Below are positions 61,498 to 64,000 of a stretch of 64,000 nucleotides of DNA, one piece after another. The stretch comes from Zootoca vivipara. Its lineage: Eukaryota. Positions within the stretch are counted from its first letter, which is position 1. Each line of letters starts with the position of its first letter. Position numbers and translations under genes: made by a program. The notes under the pieces were generated by a model. The model worked only from the letters and a program-made list of their open reading frames with translations. It was not told the DNA's origin and did no database searches. Location: assembly GCF_963506605.1 (NCBI RefSeq), contig NC_083282.1, positions 93,434,001 through 93,498,000 of the forward strand. The letters run 5' to 3'.

Positions 61498-63062
61498 GTG
61501 AGTTGGTGGCCCCCTAAAGCTCGGCTATAGGGTTTGGGGAAAGGGGGACACACCCTTCATTATCTCTTTCAGTTCATCCAGCCCTTTCCCTGCAGCTCTG
61601 GACTTGAAATCCAAGCTGAGCTCCATTTTTCTCAGTTGGTGGCTCATCCAAGGGCAGAGGCCTTTCTGCTCCCCTCCTTCTTTTCCAGCCCCAACTATCA
61701 CAACACCACCATTCTGCAGCTCAGGTTGATTGAGGTGGGACTCTGGCTGGCAGAAGCTCTGGTTTTGATCCTGCCTTAGATGTTATATGAGAGATACTGT
61801 GATGTAAATACCGCTACTTGAACTCTACAGATGCAACATGGAGTTCTGTCCCCAACTACATAAAAGTAGGAGTTTAGCTCAGAGCTTGCTAATGTATTTT
61901 TTTTATTTAGACAAATATTTGTGTACTGCTGCATCAAAGCAGTTTACGGAAATAAAAAGATAAAATAAAAAAGTTAAAAAGCAGACATCAATTAACCATT
62001 GTGGAAGGACATGTTTTTGCCTACATAGGGCAACAGAACAGAAATGTTTTCAGCAGACGTTTAAAAGTTAGCACAGAAGGTGTCTGCTGAAGCTCTAGTG
62101 GCAGTGAGTTCCAAAGGACTTGGGGAATGATCAATGACACTCTTGCAGATCTCAGTGACTGAGCAGGGAAAGAAGGGCTCAGGTGATCCCTGAGGCACCC
62201 TGGACCTAAGTTTAAAATTAATACAAGGACCTTGGTCCTCAGCAGCTAGTTCTGAGAGGCATTTTGCCTCTGAAAGTCTCTTTTATCCTTCATGAATTTA
62301 TCTATCGCCAGCATCCTCTCCAAGTGCAACTTGCAAAGGGTCAGGAGAAGGAAACCATGGGATTGCCCTGTGCTGCCTGTTAAGGTGGCAAAATGTTGTG
62401 TGCTGGACTTAGGACAGTAACGGCATTGCATTGCATTGAGACCTTGATGCTCATCCTCCCAGCTGGAATGTTTATCCACCTGCTGCAAGATAAAATCAAG
62501 GCAGGGCCCAAGGTATGACAGCTGGGGACAGATGGAAAAGAGCAGCAGGCTGAGAAGTGTAGCTTGTGGGGAGTGGAGAATGAAGTAGTGGCATATCTCA
62601 TCCTGGAGATTTCCAAATTTCTACACAAAGCTCTTCCCGCGTGGTGTTTGTAATGAACAAAGAATATATTAATCGAGAGATCTCTTGCTGGGCCCGTTCC
62701 TTTCAAGTATAAAGTGTCTCCAGGATCAGCGCCAGGAAACTGCTGACACATCTTTGCTATATAAAGGCCTCTGTTAGCAAATTTAGATCTGCTGACCGAC
62801 AAGGAAAGGAAAATCTTCCCTCCCGTCTTTTGTACAGGGTACACCTCATAGGAAAAGGAAGCAGAGCAGGTGCGAGGGGACAGATCTGCCCTTGCCAGGT
62901 TGAGGGAGACACGCGGCAATACCGGTTTGTGTGTTAATGTCCGGCTGGAGGACATGCCCGTGCTTGCACAAACATAACTGCCAGCAAAAACATAGGTGTG
63001 CTTTGATTCCTGCTCTTTTTTTCATGGGGAGAAGCATTCATATAACAAGGGCAGAATAGCTA

Positions 63063-63948
63063 CCGTATTTTTTCCGTGTATAACACGCCCCCGTGTATAA
63101 GACGACCCCTATTTTGGGGGACTCCTGTCAGGGATTATTGCGACTACTCCTGAGTAACGACCTTCCACATACTTGTCTTTCAAAAGTCTTTATTAGTGCA
63201 CATTGTTTACAGTGTAGTCAGCTGTCGGTTTCATGTCTTCTCATTCCGTATCAGAATCCGGCACTGCCCCCTTACGCGATTTAGACCAGCATAAAAGCCT
63301 CGGGACAGCGAATCTCCTCCCCTTTCTCCCCCTCCTCAATTCCGGAGTCAGGGGGAAGGGTCTACGTTCTCTCTTTCCCTCTCCCTCTCTTCCTGCCTGT
63401 GGAGTAGGGGCTCCTGGATGTTGCCAGAGGTCTGGCACTCCCTTTCCGTCTCCTGACTTTCCTCATCCGTCCCTTCGCTTTCATGACTGCTTGGAGATGG
63501 GCTGCTTCTGATGAGAGGGGGCTGTTCTCTATAAGCCCTTCCCCTTACAACTCCAATTTAAGAAAATGGGGGGAGATTGCCCAGAGTTGTTCAGCTTTTT
63601 GGGGGGAGGACGGCCCAGAGTTGTTGAGCTTCTTTTGGGGGGGAATGCCAAAGATCACTCGCCCGACTGACAAACGCTGCAAAACGCACGCGTCGCTGAA
63701 GCCAGCAAGCCCCTGCCCACTCACCACCAGCAGCTGGCAATCACACACCCAATTGCCGCCGCCGCCGCAGCCAATCCACAGCAGCCCTTGCCACAGCCAC
63801 CAATCACCAACCCAATTGCCGCTAACGAGCTTCTGCTAGCGGCTGCAACCAATTGCCCATCCCCCATCTGCACTATCCATGCATATGATGACCCCTGATT
63901 TTAAACGTTATTTTACTGTAAGAAAAACTCATACATGGAAAAGTACGT
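63063..63948. mobile_element. Tc1/mariner-type non-autonomous element interrupted by a solo LTR
   Basis: TA-flanked imperfect TIRs ccgtattttttccgtgtat and atacatggaaaagtacgt. Confidence 0.6.
63126..63549 (-). mobile_element. Solo LTR (424 bp)
   Basis: TG...CA termini with imperfect inverted ends tgtcaggg and cccttaca; 5-bp TSD actcc; minus-strand AATAAA at 63189-63194. Confidence 0.8.
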
Positions 63949-64000
63949 TACATTTTAGAATCATAGAATCATAGAGTTGGAAGAGACCACAAGGGCCATC

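Overview
Vertebrate genomic DNA, most likely a squamate reptile; the SINE, BovB, hAT and Penelope repertoire suggests a lacertid-type lizard (inference). The window carries the conserved TM9SF4-PLAGL2-POFUT1-KIF3B block. (1) The last 11 coding exons of TM9SF4 (+, 285-11447) and its 3'UTR to about 13560. (2) Complete PLAGL2 (-): non-coding exon 1 ending at 27859, coding exons 25050-24800 and 22484-21281 (484 aa), and a ~6.4 kb 3'UTR. (3) Complete POFUT1 (+, 7 exons, 28321-37078, 393 aa, ending RDEL), sharing a CpG-island bidirectional promoter with PLAGL2. (4) The 5' part of KIF3B (+, non-coding exon 1 at about 45.4 kb, coding exons 2-6 at 55089-61497). Introns are dense in transposable elements. 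Most notable observations: a young non-autonomous hAT element (6755-7336, perfect 8-bp TSD) carrying what reads as a captured axonemal dynein DNAH10 exon fragment beside nested long inverted repeats; a Penelope-derived minimal hammerhead ribozyme motif in sense orientation in a TM9SF4 intron; seven let-7 seed sites within 1.5 kb of the PLAGL2 3'UTR; an RFX X-box cluster and an in-frame spliced uORF at KIF3B; a small Helitron; and a solo LTR nested in a Tc1/mariner element. Gene and repeat-family calls come from reading the sequence and recalling known proteins and consensi; no search was run.
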